62,931 nt of DNA, filler included, from Bigelowiella natans CCMP2755 (GCA_000320545.1; 6 parts of 6 records of this genome joined end to end with filler, not necessarily neighbours in it), one strand, 5' to 3'. Counted from the whole stretch's first letter, positions 36,318 to 53,853 are shown. Program-made: numbers and translations. Notes: generated from the sequence alone by a model not told the origin.

Positions 36318-36837
36318 TGCAAATTGCCTAATTGATAAGATGGTCGATTCATGTTCATTTCTACATTCAACAAGATGCACACTCAATGTACTAGCAAGCT
36401 GCGTACACGCACGAAGAGAATGGAGTAGGAAGAGCACAGCGCTTCAAAACCCGTATTTCTGGAAAGGGGCAAATTATGGGAAAACATAGAATAATTTAAC
36501 TCTGCGACAAAGAATCTTTGACGTTGTAGGATAAAATCCAATAAAATCTTAACCTTTCTGCAGGCTGTACTCACTCTCCTACGGCAGAATAAGGATGAGT
36601 TGTGGATTGATTGTCGCTGTACAAAAAGGAGTGCCTTCGGTAGAAGTTGTATTTTGCAAAAATGCGCCTATGTTTACTGGATATTTCGCGCCCAGATCAT
36701 GTCGCATTCTAAATTCGTCACCCAAACCCTAGCCCGCTCCGCCCCCGGACACGCAGCTCTCTGTTGCAGGGCATAAACAACGCAGCCAATCGGCAGATCA
36801 TACTCCGACAGCCTCGGAGTCATTGTTCTGATTCCCC

Positions 36838-37449
36838 ATGCCTCTGAAGATCACACTTCATTACGATGACTGCGCGGAAGAGCGGCAGTTGCAGGTCAGG
36901 GCGTGCTAAATCCTGATGTCACCATCCTTCCCCTTTCCCTAAAGGCCTCTCCCGACCCCTTCCCCCCTCTTACAATCGCCTGACCCACTCAACTCTGCGT
37001 CGTTCGAACCATTAGTTGAGCATGAAAATCCCGAAAAAGTGGCGGGGCGGGCCCGTGGACAAAGTGACGGACTTCTTCGTTGAATACTACAACGGGAAGT
37101 TTCCGGAGAACCCTCTCGATCCAAAGCAGGTGTGGTTTTGACCAGTATATATAGCACGCGCATATACTATACTACGATTATTTCGGGAGGGGGGGCATAC
37201 ACAGGTTCACGCCATCGGAAAGTGGCCTCATTTGTCGCATTGGTGAGGAGTGCGGTGGGGATGGTAGATAACCGGGGCGTGTATGTATGCAAACGTAGAT
37301 TCACGCAGAGAACGCTGGGGGCTCCAAGTTCCACGCGGACGATGTCGTAGAAGTCTCCTTCATTAATAAGGAGCATATATACATCAAGGTGCCTATGAGA
37401 AGTACCGAAAACACTTTACATAATGACAACGATATGTGTTAATATGCAC

Positions 37450-37526
<77 letters not shown>

Positions 37527-37916
37527 AAGCGTTTGGATAGAAATGCGCATGCAGATATTCATTCCGACTCTCTTCCTCTTTCCCTTCCCTCTGGTGTTGA
37601 TTCTCTCGCCTTTTATCATCTTCCTTCGCAGGGAGGGGCGCCTCCGCGCAACGAGGAGAAACGAAGGAGAGAAAAGGTTTATTGATTGAAAAACACACAC
37701 ACACACATACACACACACAAAGAGATAGAGAGCGGGAGAGAGAGAATGAGAGAGATTGTACAACAGGAAACATCCCTCTCCCTAATCTGAAGTGTTTGTC
37801 CCCTTGTTTACAAAGGAAAACGACCCTTCGCTCCTCACCTGCCAGAACTATGGGCTGCCAAGTCCGATATCGTGAGGAAGGAGAAATGGTTCCAAGGCAT
37901 GCTACCATCATCGGTA
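36838..37916 (+). CDS. CHORD zinc-binding domain protein with an N-terminal ubiquitin-like region; truncated before the gap
   Basis: Spliced MPLKITLHYDDCAEERQLQ/LSMKIPKKWRGGPVDKVTDFFVEYYNGKFPENPLDPKQ/IHAENAGGSKFHADDVVEVSFINKEHIYIK/GGAPPRNEEKRRREK/..TCxNYGCQVRYREEENGSKACYHH. The last exon needs correction of apparent single-base insertions. Confidence 0.7.
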
Positions 37917-38190
37917 CTAAAGTAATTTTGGTTGTGGGGGGGGGGGGAGGGGGGGGGGGCACACAAAGAGACGGGGAAAGGAGGGTAGGAGGAGGGGGTT
38001 GAGAAATTTGGAGAGACTCACGATGGGCAAAGAAATTATTCCTTCTCGATCAAAGGGAGCAGCCATTGAAACGAGCACAACGAAGATCTCNNNNNNNNNN
38101 NNNNNNNNNNNNNNNNNNNNNNNNNNNNNNNNNNTTAATTAATTAANNNNNNNNNNNNNNNNNNNNNNNNNNNNNNNNNNNNNNNNNNNN

Positions 38191-38470
38191 GTTATGTTTT
38201 CTATGTTCAAAAAACTCTCCAATCAATTTCTTATCCACATTGCCTATAGGAAAACTACTTCATTTCACGTGTATGAATGCGCTGATGGCCATCAAATTCC
38301 GAACCTGTTTGATTCTAAATTCGTCTCGTGAATTAGGTCCAGGTGTATCTGGAATGAGCAGTCACCGTCTTCAAAATCTACCAAATCTTCAATTTCATGA
38401 TTTTCAGTCCAATTTTCCAGGTTGATGAAACGGGTGACATCATCAGTAAAGGACTTCTTTTCACACACAT

Positions 38471-38545
<75 letters not shown>

Positions 38546-40290
38546 ACGAAGTGAATCCTCCTCTTCATTCTCCTCCTGGTCACCTCCTCCTCCTCATCTT
38601 CACTACCATCCTAACATCATCGTGCTATAACCCACCGTATCTGCCGTGACTTTTTTGAGCTGGTAACGCCATGGAACTGGCGACGATGAATGCCAAGCAC
38701 ACGGCAGACGAGATCGGTAACATTAACACCCACAGTAGAGAATGGGTACCAGTTCTCTCTCCAGTGAAGCTTACTGATATTGCTCTGCCTCCGCATCAAG
38801 CTCATCGCACTGTAGTGTAGTTCGCAATTTCATTTTATCAGCTCATATCCACACTCCCCTTCCCCTCTACACCACGTTCTGATGATCGTTAATGCATCCT
38901 ATCATTATCCCTACTATGCATTTGTCATCGTCATCATCAGTAGCAGCAAAAACAAGTCGCGGCTCTTGCCCCAAGGCAAAAGCCATGGATGGCGGGGTGT
39001 GCTGGTCAGCACCGTTGTTGATATCACGTGAATCACCAACAAATTAGTGTTTCACTACTACTACTTCTAGTTGCTCAAATCGTCGTCGTTGTATAGGAGA
39101 TCAAGTAAAAACCAAACGAAAATAATGCAACAACAACAACAACAACAACAACCTATCAGGATAATGCGTCAAAAAGTATTTGAGATTTTCCATGGACAGT
39201 TTTCCACCCCCACGCACATCCTATGTACATATAAAGTAGGAGGAGGAGGAGGAGGAGGAGGGGATATCGATGAACGTTACCACCAGTTGTAGGGAAATTC
39301 GGATGAAAAAGCAGTGTAGATGCATTTCTCGCTTGGAGCTCCTCATTTGTTGATATTGTTGTTGTTGTTGTTGTTGTTGTTGTATGGCTTTTGAGTACAC
39401 CAGGATAAAATAGCAGCACAATGCTGCTGCTCTGTGCAGCCTTACAGTTTGCTGCCTACGTGCGTACGTTAGCAGCGGAAGGTCCGTTCCGGGAAACAAA
39501 AAAATATGCATAGTCGTGGGATTATTACTACCGTTTGGGGATCTTCACACTGGAACCCGAACTCTTTCCACCTCTTTGACTGCGATAAAAAGATGGACAA
39601 AGGATCATGATGATAATGAAGACGAGGAGGAGGAGAGGAGGAGGAGTAAAATAGGTTATTGTCTGCCTTGAGTTGGAAAGTGTGAGGTTCTCCCGTGAAC
39701 GCAGTCCAGATATCCTTTAGCAAGCTTAGTTTTCAACGGGATAAAATGAGAAGGGTAAACAACTATAGGCAAAGGTTGGGAAGAGAAACCAGTGCGGTTC
39801 CGGAGCATGGACGAGAAAATAGCAGTACAATTCAAAGATGCCAACAAATCACGGCAGTTGCCATCATGAAATGCCTGTAATCAATGACCCTAGCTAAAAT
39901 GCAAAAAAACATTTTGTTGCTGACTTTTCGTGAGCTTTGACTTGGTCTGGGCTGAATACGGTGTCCAGTTCTTTCCGTAATGCCTTCACACACTCAATCT
40001 CTAAATCGCCCTGAAGAAAACGACGAAAACGAACGACAATGGGGAAGAAGAAAGAGGGAGTCGACTGTCAAATGTGTTACATGGGCATGCACGCATATTT
40101 CTTCGAATATCTGCATCACTCCACATTTGCATGTTCGGAATCGCGCAATTGATTCGTTCACACAGTGTACGATTTACTGTACCATTGTAGCAGTCACGGT
40201 CTCGTCTTCAAACCACTCACAGGAGGAAGGAAGTTGTTTTGAGTCGTCCAATTCAAGTAGTCCCACTTTGCGTCCCATCTCAGCACCCAT
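38191..40290 (-). CDS. ELMO/CED-12 domain protein (ELMOD-like)
   Basis: LKDIWTAFTG../WKEFGFQCEDPQT/DVRGGGKLSMENLKYFLTHYP/..WYPFSTVGVNVT match the ELMOD motifs WxxxGFQGxDPxTDFRG and YPFAxxGINxT. The 3' end probably runs into the gap. Confidence 0.88.
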
Positions 40291-41011
40291 TGTTCCTTTC
40301 AAGTTAGTATTATGTGCTAGCTTCGCTTAGTCACGGAGCATAGTCGGGAGGGGGGGGGGGAGAACACAGGAAAGGGAGGCGACAACAGTGGAGTTCTATG
40401 CATTCATAAAGCGGATCCATCAGGGCAGGAGGAATTCATGTTTCAGTCTGACTGAACTCGATGGGAGCAAAAGGGGGGCCACGAGTATCGCACCTGGTTT
40501 TCCTTCTCACACACAGAGCAGTCGTTGTCCCAACAGTAGTCTCTGCTACAACCTTACGAGTTTCAGCAGCTAGTATTCGTTCCCCTCCTCCTCGTCCTCC
40601 TCCTTCACACACACGGACAGACAGACAGCAGTCGTTGCCGTCAACGGCAGTCCCTCCTTGTTCTAGTTCCTGACGGCACGTGTCATCATCACCATCATGA
40701 TCTCCATGTACGAGTAGATCAAGAGTAGGGGAGTACGAGCAATGCAGTTGCTCGATGATGACACAGCGTTTATCCCATTGCGACATCATGCATTCCTTGA
40801 CGCACAAAGTAGACAGTCTTCAAACTTTAGGAAACGAGACGGTACTAGATCTAAAAATACCATCACATTTCTTGAAAACCTTGTCGCACAGAATAATCAG
40901 GAGCAGTCGGAACCCAAACCAATATTTGTTGTTTGATCGGAATCCAGAAAGAACGCATCGCATCGTCATCGGAACACAAAAGTACGGTTTGGAGAACCAC
41001 GAGACGCTGCT

Positions 41012-42538
41012 ATGTCCCGGCAACTAAAGGAGCAGGTAGCCATAAACCTGCACATGAACTCCAGTTAGTGTATTCATCTGGATTTACTTAGATGCAGACC
41101 AAAATCCAAGAGAAGGGCGAGATAGAGCAGGATCTGGAAGCTCTTCGAAAAGAGCTGCGAAGCCTCGGGGCAGGGATGAATGAATCTCTGGTGGATAAGG
41201 AAGGCTTTCCCATAGCTGATAAGGATGTGCATGGAATTCGAACACTTCGGAACAAAATAATATGTGAGTTATTTCCCCCTTCTACGGGACCAGTGTGACT
41301 AAGGAGGTTGATGCCTTTCCGATGCACTACCTTTAGGCAGGAAGAATGACCACGAGGCTATGATGCACGAGATCGAAAAAATCATGTTTAAGTATCACGA
41401 AGTCCTCAAAAAAGAGAAGACGGACGCTGATTCAAAACGAAAAGCTCAGCTTCAGCAACACGCTAAAAATCAAGTTTGTGATTTTCGAAAAGTATTTGTT
41501 TTCGTTGTCCTTATATTCAAAATACCTGTGGACTCTCTCCTACTAAATCTTTTCGTGTAGAAGGTTATCACTTCTAAATAGAATCTCAATCTTTTGATTC
41601 TACAGATCTTACGTCTCCACAAAGAACTTCTAGAAAAGGACCCAAAGTTGAGCAAAGCAGAAGCCTTGAAGAAGGCAATAAAGATGACGACAGAGACTGC
41701 AAAGAAGAGCGTTGAGATAAAAACCCAGAAGAATAGTCAAATGGGGGAAAGCAACGAAGATGTTGCCAAAATCACGCCGCCTTCTCGAGGTCTGGACCCA
41801 TTGGAACGATTTAAAACGATGAAGCCATTCCTAGTGGTGGACACTGTGTCACCTGACTCCCCGGCAGAGCGAGCTGGCTTGAGAAAATTCGACGAGGTAT
41901 TAGTGACTGTGATGAAAACGAGAGTATGTCTTTTTAAGGCAGCTTCCTCTACGATATCACGTGTTCATTAACAGCAACCTTTTATAGGGATGCGCACATG
42001 TACACAAAACACATAATATACTGCATAGTCTCACTCTGAAGCTGGAAAATGCAACAAAAATTAATCTATTGTGTGTATAACGACCGCCATTGTACCTCAC
42101 CCACCTTCTTTCAGATTATAAAGCTTGGATCTATAAACTGTGAAAACCAGACACCTGAGGCCCTACGAAACACTGTGGCGCACAGTGAGGGAAAACCCAT
42201 GGAGCTCATAGTAAAAAGAGGAAACAATGGTGTGTTCTCTTTCCTTTTCATTGCTCTCCCATCCCTTCAAGGCTCTTCATTATATTTCGTTTTCCTCAAA
42301 TGCTTACTACATTACGTGTACCTGCATCTCGTATCCCTTATTGAACTCGCATACGTTCACTTTGTGCCTAGGGAGCGGGAAACTGGAGAAGCTTATTCTA
42401 GTTCCAAAACGTTGGAGAGGGCAAGGCCTGCTAGGGTATACTATTAATATACAAGCTACTAATTCTGTTGAACTTGTACATTATTACCATAAAATAATAT
42501 TGTCATAATCCAGATGCTTTCTGAAGCCAGTGACATAG
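41012..42538 (+). CDS. PSMD9: 26S proteasome assembly chaperone p27/NAS2
   Basis: MSRQLKEQ/MQTKIQEKGEIE..SLVDKEGFPIADKDVHGIRTLRNKII/CRKNDH; PDZ PFLVVDTVSPDSPAERAGL; C-terminal LVPKRWRGQGLLG/CFLKPVT*. Confidence 0.95.
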
Positions 42539-42799
42539 CGTGTGATTAAGAGCCTACTTCACACTCGGAAGATCTTTCACCTTCGAATCAGCTCGTTGAT
42601 TTAGCAGTGTCATCTTTGCTGATCTGTTGCTGGTCTCATAGTCGATGGTTGCATGGATCAGCTCGTCTTTCATTTGTCCTACAATCATGTACATGTTCAT
42701 GTGCATTTACACTGCTATACTACTCTCTTGTTAGTCCAATTTCCGAAGCGAATGGTTTTGTTGCAGCAGTGCATGTCTTCATCTTATGCCATCATCTAG

Positions 42800-43790
42800 A
42801 TCATCCATGAATGATCGATGCAGCATTCACCACTTGATACATCTAGACGTGCTCAGAGCAACACGTGATTGCGCACATGCACACACCTAGACACAATCAT
42901 CAAAAGGCCGTTGAGTGCTTTTGCACGTGCGCATGCAAGGCGGAATCCAATTCTGAATCGTCCATTCCTCTCTACCAAATGAATTTGCACGCCACGATTT
43001 CAATGACATCATTCTCGGCAGTGGATTTGAGCAGACTCACGCGCGTGCAATTCACTAGTTCACACATTGCACACGATGAACAAAACACACTGTCAGTCAT
43101 GTCTGGATGTGACAGCTGCAACACGCTGGGCAGTCTAGCAGTCTGAGCAGTCTAGCAGTGTGCACATGCACGTGGTCATGCAACTGAAACGTTTGTTGCA
43201 GGCAGCTTCTGACCAGTTTGTGAAATGGTCATCAACAAGTCACCACAGAAATTTGATTGCATGTGATCATGCATCACATCGATGTGAAATTTGCAAGACA
43301 AGGCACAAGTCTGTCTGTCGACGGACGCTTGTCTTCGCTCATGGCAACGTGAGTGGCTGGCAGCAGCCCGGAACTCGATCAAATCGCACACATGGAATCA
43401 GCTTGTGCCTGGTGGAAGCAGGAGGTGAGCACACCAACTTCACTTCACTTTCTGAGATTGATTGATCGATCGTTGATTCATCAAAAGGAAATTCATCGAT
43501 TTTGGTCCAAGTTCAGTCAAGTTGCGGGCAAAATCCGTTTTTGCAGTGTCAAAAAACCGATTTTGCTGGAAAGAACGAAGTTGTCACACCTTGAACGTGT
43601 GAACGAACGAATGTGTGAGCAAATGAATGAATGAACAAAGCAGATCTAAAGGTGCAGATGGAAGGATCATCAGAAATGCCAACTCATCTTGAATGAATGA
43701 ATGAGGTGGTTCCAGTGGTGCGGCTGAAAGGATCATGGGATGTCAAACTTGAATGAATGCATTGGCAGTTCAACTTTTGGCGCCACAATT
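42800..43790. other. TpA-depleted tract with GAAT repeats
   Basis: No TA between about 43155 and 43646 by hand reading. Confidence 0.85.
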
Positions 43791-44118
43791 TCAGAATTAG
43801 CTTGATGTTGATGTTCTGATATTCCCCTGCGACATTGTACTCTATTAAGTCGCGATAGACATTTTACAATGAACATGGCCATTTACGAAACCCGCGCAAA
43901 CCGGCACGTTACGAGTGATTTCTCTACTTTACTCCACGTCCAAGTCTACCAATGATGACCAGCCTCTGATCGTTCAATTTGCTCGACGGAAAGATCTATC
44001 CAACATCGTGAGTCAAAATCTGGCTCACACTTTAGTCACTATGGTTCAGTTTCTGCGATTGTGTTTTTATTTGCTAAGTTTTTGTCCTTTCAATGGACTT
44101 TCTGTTCGATCAAAGGAA

Positions 44119-45330
44119 GATGGACAAAGATAATAAACCTGAAACTTCGAGGTTTCCTGAAGGATTAGGAGCAGACAATAAGGATGATCTCGCAGGTATC
44201 ACTAAAGTTGTAACCAATGATTATTAATAGATATGAATACATCAATCAGCTGTTATGAGTTTGACGAGATTGAAAAGGACAATATTCCAATGGGCAAGAG
44301 ATCGTCAGCGGAATGAAGCAGAACTGGTTCGAATGAAAGATGTTAACTCCAGAATGAGAAAGGAAATGGAACATATCAAGCAACTAAGATCCGATGATAA
44401 AAAGCGTTTTCAAAATACGATTTCATCTAGCGAAGAAGAAATTCGAAATCTTAGGGACAGGCTTGAGGTTGCTCACTCACAGATTACTCAACTCAAAACC
44501 CAGCGACAGCTGAAAGTTGATAATCTGGAGTCAATGCTCCAGAACCATAGGAAAGAAACTGCAAGTTTGAAAATCAAGCTATATGAATTATCAGAGCAGA
44601 GGGATAACGTAAAGAAGAAAGTAGAAGACCTTGCTGCAAGAAGCCAAATAGATTTGGACATGAATATAAGTCTGCAAAAGCGCTACAATGTAGTCATTCA
44701 AATATTTTAATGAAATCGATTCTACAGAGATGTCGATTTTAACATTTTTTTGTGATAGGAGGCGGCGGGAGTTATTTACAAAAACACTCAATCTCTTGAG
44801 GAGATGAATGGAACCATTGAAAACATTAAACAAGCGAACAAGCAACTTCAGTCAAAACTACAACTTTGTGAAGGTTGTGGTGGTACATTAGTCAGTAATT
44901 GTTCTTCTAAAGTCATCGTAAGGATTTCTTCATGACTGTCAATCAGAAAATAAAACTTTGCTTGAATCTATTCAAAAATCTCATCAACAAGATGCAAAAG
45001 AGCTCATCAGTCAAGTACAATTTCAACAATTGTGTGACATATTCATTTCATATTGAGCAAGCAGAATCGTCTGCCTCACACTTAATGCAGATCAACCATC
45101 TTCAAACGGAACTTTGGAAAGAGAAGCAGAAATCAAATGAAATTCAAGCAAAACTTAGGGAAGAAATCCTCCTGCGGTCACATCATCAACATCACTCGCT
45201 ATGAACAAAAATCACCCTTGAATGACAAATGTCCACGTCTAACAGAAAATCCGCGAAAGTTCTAGCAAATCTGGAGTTGAGCGAACCGAGTTTGCACAAG
45301 AACAAGAGATGATTCGAGAACTGCATCACA
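44119..45330 (+). CDS. Hypothetical coiled-coil protein
   Basis: 151-aa heptad-rich ORF at 44255-44710 plus flanking exon-like segments. Exact structure unresolved. Confidence 0.55.
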
Positions 45331-45379
45331 AAACTGTAGCGCAAAGTGCTTTTTGAGATGGCTTTCCAAAAAATAGCTT

Positions 45380-47400
45380 CTTTCGAGGTCACCACCTGTG
45401 CATCCATGCAATCAATCGCACATGCACAAGTCAAAAATGCCGACATTGCCATTGGAAAGTCAACACGCTGTGGCCCACAGCATCATCATGTGGCACACGT
45501 CATGCATGATTGTTCGTTTTTCAATCACATGTGCTGCGTCTGTTGTTTCACATGTGTGCTTCCCCGCCGTGCAACACAATTGTTGCATGCACGTGGCTCA
45601 GCTCATCAAATGAGTGCAGGGTGCAAGCAAGCAACGAAATCCATTGCTGTGCAGCTGCATCCACACCATGGACACAGCACATGTACGCATGTCTGTTGTC
45701 CATGTGCGCACGGCACGTGCGTGTTGCCGTGCTGATGTGACCTTCGATGCACCTTGTCCACAACCAAGTGTTCTGCAGTTCAGTTTGAACAAACGATGCA
45801 TGACATCACAAGTTCTCAAAGGTGTTCGAAGCTGTTTGTTGAAAGTTCACGTTGAACTGGGTGGATTTTTCAATTGTCGCACACGCTTTTTGGACTTCGT
45901 GTGAACGGTGATTCTGACTTGTCAGTGCAGGTTGTCTACATCGACCGAGACACGGTGGCACAGACCAAAAGAGGAGATGCGTGAAGTTTGCCAGGTGTGA
46001 AAACTTTCCAGGACGACCCCACTAGCCCACTCGAGTTGTTCGATTTGAGCGAGTTCTTTGCCAGGCTGTCCACACTTTGGGTGGTCGCAGAAGATCGAAG
46101 AAAAACTCCTTGGAAACAATTCAAGTTGGACCTTGAGTCTGTTGAACGTCTGATGTGCAACCATTTGAGTCAGTGCTTTGTTCAATTTGTGTGCGTTCTT
46201 CACCCGACACACCTCCGGACACGTTCGGACACTCCGGACGTGACCATTGCGCGAGCTGCACGTCGCAATCATCTCACAATTTCTTGAAAGTGAGTCTCTC
46301 ATGATTCCTCAAAAACAACGTCTCTCATGATTTCTTGAAAACAATGTCACTTGCAACTTCTTGAAAATGACGTCTCTTGTTTGGAAGAAAATCAAAGAGT
46401 TGGAAAACTAGAGCTGGGCACAAACACTTGAAAACAAACACGTTTGCAAACGTGCACAATGTTTGTTCAAACCAAACACTTGTTTTCATGAGCTCGCGCA
46501 GTGTTTGAACAAACCAAACCAAAGTTTGCAAGTGTTTGATGTTTGGAAATGTTTTTTCAAAGTGTTCGCATTTGTTCAAACCAAACCAAACCAAGTGCAT
46601 TTGCAAATGTTTTTGGAAATGTTTCAAGAAAATCACAAAAATTGAGCTTTTTGATGCGTCTAGCGTGGCCAATTGTTGCCGATGTTGCTGGCCAAGTTTG
46701 ATTTTGGATCTGCTTGCCATGCAAACTTCATTCACTGAGTCTGACATGTGGCCGATTCAACCAGTGCAGCTAGCTAGCAGGGACACGATGCTGACAACAA
46801 GCATCCAGATTTTCATTTCGATTTCACGTGTGCACGCCTGCACAGTGCACGTGCTGGCATGGCTAAATGGCGCTACGTGCAGAATCTCTGCTAGACATTG
46901 AATCACATTGCACACGCACGACGTGGAATGACAAAACGATGCAGTGACTGCTAGCCAGCTAGCCACCAATGGCGCTGCGTGCAGAATCTCTGCTGGACAT
47001 TGAATTGCACACGTGCGACATGGAATGACAAAGTGATGCAGTGACTGCTAGCTAGCTAGCCACTAGCCAGCTAGCTGGTGCGCCATTTGAGTGGAGACGG
47101 ATGTGTGCAATGAAGTGTTCAATTTTTCACAACAGACATGCAATGCCACACGCACATTGCACATGCTGTGCAACACCACGTGCACACCATGCTGGCATGC
47201 ATGCCATTGCTGTGTCCATGATGTTTTCAATTGTCATCCCAATGCACCTGTGCAATGCAGCGGCTGCAGCCTGCAGCGCGCTCAAGTGTGATGGACACGT
47301 TGGCTCACGCACAGAGCTCACACGCACGTTGCACCAGTCTGCACACTGACCAGCACACGCCAGCACGTGCTGCTGAACACACACGCAAAAACATCTCAGT
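45380..47400. other. TpA-depleted tract containing a 102-bp tandem duplication and a LINE 3'-end remnant
   Basis: Very few TA, many of them in CTAG. Duplication at 46866-47065. Confidence 0.85.
47093..47290 (-). mobile_element. Short 3'-end remnant of the same LINE-like family
   Basis: Encodes ..AAAAALHRCIGMTIENI (compare AAALHSYIRMTIEKI) and carries the GAGACGGATG 3'-end motif. Confidence 0.7.
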
Positions 47401-48013
47401 ACACCGATTGTTCCTCAGATGTTGACAAAATTCACAAACTTGGGTTGCCTCCTCGAATTTCTTCATCGTTTCCTCCAGTTTTGCCTCCTTCGCCTGGATT
47501 TCCTTTTGAGTTTCAGCCATTTGCGCCTTCAGGGGGGCTGATAGGTTTTCGAATTTCTTCTCAGAAATTTTTTCCTCAAGGTAAAATTGTTCAAATCGCG
47601 CAACTCGGTCATTCAGCTTGTTCTTCTCCTCCCTCAACATCTCAATTTGTTTGCTATGTGGAGTCCATCTGAATTCCCCATGCCACCTCAGAACGCTGAG
47701 AACACATCAAAGCTTAAGCTCCCGAACGCAAGCCTCGTAGGATAAGTACCTGTGCTTTCGAACTTCTCCTGCTAGAGGTTCTTTCATCATCTTCTAGCTT
47801 CCTTTTCATCTTCTAGCTTCCTTTTCGCGTCGTAAGATCCACTCCGCTTCATCGAGTCTGATGATCGATCTTCCGAGCACACTCTCCTTGACAAATTCTA
47901 CTAGAAAATCCCCTTCTTTTCCCCGTTGCGACTAGAAAACATACAACAACTCTTTGCAATCTCTTCTCTTCCGAAAAATGGGGCCGGAAGTAGGACGCTG
48001 ACTTTCGTGCGTA

Positions 48014-51966
<3,953 letters not shown>

Positions 51967-52066
51967 NNNNNNNNNNNNNNNNNNNNNNNNNNNNNNNNNN
52001 NNNNNNNNNNTTAATTAATTAANNNNNNNNNNNNNNNNNNNNNNNNNNNNNNNNNNNNNNNNNNNN

Positions 52067-53072
52067 TCCAGCAGATACGCTGCTCCCAATATGGAGATCA
52101 CGAAGAAACATACGAATAAAACAGATGGATTCCATGGAATCCCAAACCCTGAAACGTATATTGGGATTACCTGGATCCATCTCCAACGACGTCCCCCACG
52201 TCCTCACTGGCACGTTGCCACCCCGATATCAAACTAAAGTGCAGTGTGCTAAATCATGGTTACGCACTAACGCATGGATCGACACAGGCAGCGGTCCTCA
52301 AATCCATGAGGGAATAAATGATTGGAGCAGTTATGGCTTCATCATTGAAAATCGAAAAATGTTGGATGGCACATCGTGGATTGATGTGCCCACACACACG
52401 TGGAACAAAGCATCCTTGTTTCGACGGCTCAAATCGATCACTGACGACTTGTTAGGTGACGAATTGCGCACCGTTTTGGCGACAACAGAGGCGCTGAAAA
52501 AAGAACTGAAAAAACATCACAAGGTGATGAAATCTTGTGCTTTCAACGAATTCGAAGAGGAATGGTCCAATGATTCATTGCGCGCTGTGCATCTCAAGAA
52601 TCTTGGTTTCCTCCCGTCATCTTCGATCACCGGCATCAAACTGAAACTTCCAAGTGTTGCTACATCATGGATGCGCGCCATCTGTGGTGTCGGCAATCTT
52701 GGCAAATTCATGCTGTCACGTGGACAATGCACAGAGGAAGATGCCACGTGCGATGCATGTGGCATCCTGAAGGACATGGATCATCTCCTGCAATGTCCAA
52801 TGCATGGTCGAGAACAAATCAGATTGCGCAATCAAATGCGCGCGATCATGAATCGCAACGACGACACGAACCGGTTGACAAAGGCTGAAATTGAATCCAG
52901 AACTGCTGCGCGCAGTGCGCGGCAACATCGGTCGCATGAGGACGCTTTCAAATGCATGAAACACATTGTGGCAGAAACCAACAGATGCAACATTAGCGCT
53001 GTAGCCGCTGCATTGCACAGCTACATCAGGATGACCATTGAAAAAATTTGATTCTTCATCACATCCGTCTCA
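52067..53072 (+). mobile_element. LINE-like retrotransposon, C-terminal part of ORF2 (open, over 300 aa) and 3' end
   Basis: Open frame from the contig edge to 53051 with a C-x2-C-x7-H-x3-C motif resembling the zinc knuckle after non-LTR RT domains, and multicopy within the window. The RT core itself is not visible. Confidence 0.78.
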
Positions 53073-53074
53073 TA

Positions 53075-53853
53075 CTACATATGCCAAACGGACTCATAGC
53101 CGCGCACAAGTGAAATATTGCCCACCGTGATGATCACGCGCAGCGCGCGTGGCAACAACAAGCACCAGACACCCAAAAAGGGAAGAAAGCACAAAAAGAA
53201 CCAACACGCAACGTTGGATCTCGATTCAGAATGCAATGATGACGACTGTGGCAATGACCGAACTTGAGGATGCTCAGTTTCAAATTGACGACAAGCTCTG
53301 GCCCAAGTGTTCCACAAGTAGCGTGAGTTGTTAGATCTGTCAATGTCTAGACCCGAATTAGGCCAAGGCTTGCCGGCGCCTGCATAATGTATGACTCTCC
53401 AACTTTCGCGATGTCTAAACACAGTGTCCTCAATGTTGTAAAATTCTCCAACCGAACGGTTAGCGAGAGTGGTAATCGAATTTCCAGCCACTGCAAGAGT
53501 CTCTATGGAGTAGAACCATGGAAGGACGTACACCATGTCATTCCAAAGAAGGTTCAACACACCTTGATCAAATGGGCCTGGAAACGATGTATAAAGTTCG
53601 CATTCGTGCACCATTCTGCACGCAACAGCGTGAAGTTCAGACAATTCAGCTAGAGAAGGCTTAAAAACTAGGAAATCGCCGTTTATTGATGGATTCAACA
53701 TGTTTAACTCGCCAGTTGTTTGGAGGAATATATCCACGGCTCCAGCGGGGATATTAGGACTTAATAACTGATCATCAAAGGAGCCGACGACAAGGTTATC
53801 GGCTCCAATCCAAACAATTCTATCGCATTGAAGCAGACGCCACGCATTAAATT
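53075..53853 (-). CDS. Glycosyltransferase family 8 (glycogenin/GUX-like), intronless here, 5' end in the gap
   Basis: AWRLLQCDRIVWIGADNLV..INGDFLVFKPS..DQGVLN..VIHYAGAGKPW and a hydrophobic C-terminal segment. A possible N-terminal anchor MRSGAIQALILLVIIYE lies just across the gap. Confidence 0.85.

Noticed and set aside
37815-37916. Frameshifts in the CHORD exon as pseudogenisation or programmed frameshifting
   Set aside because: They look like single-base homopolymer expansions close to a contig end, so sequencing error is more likely.
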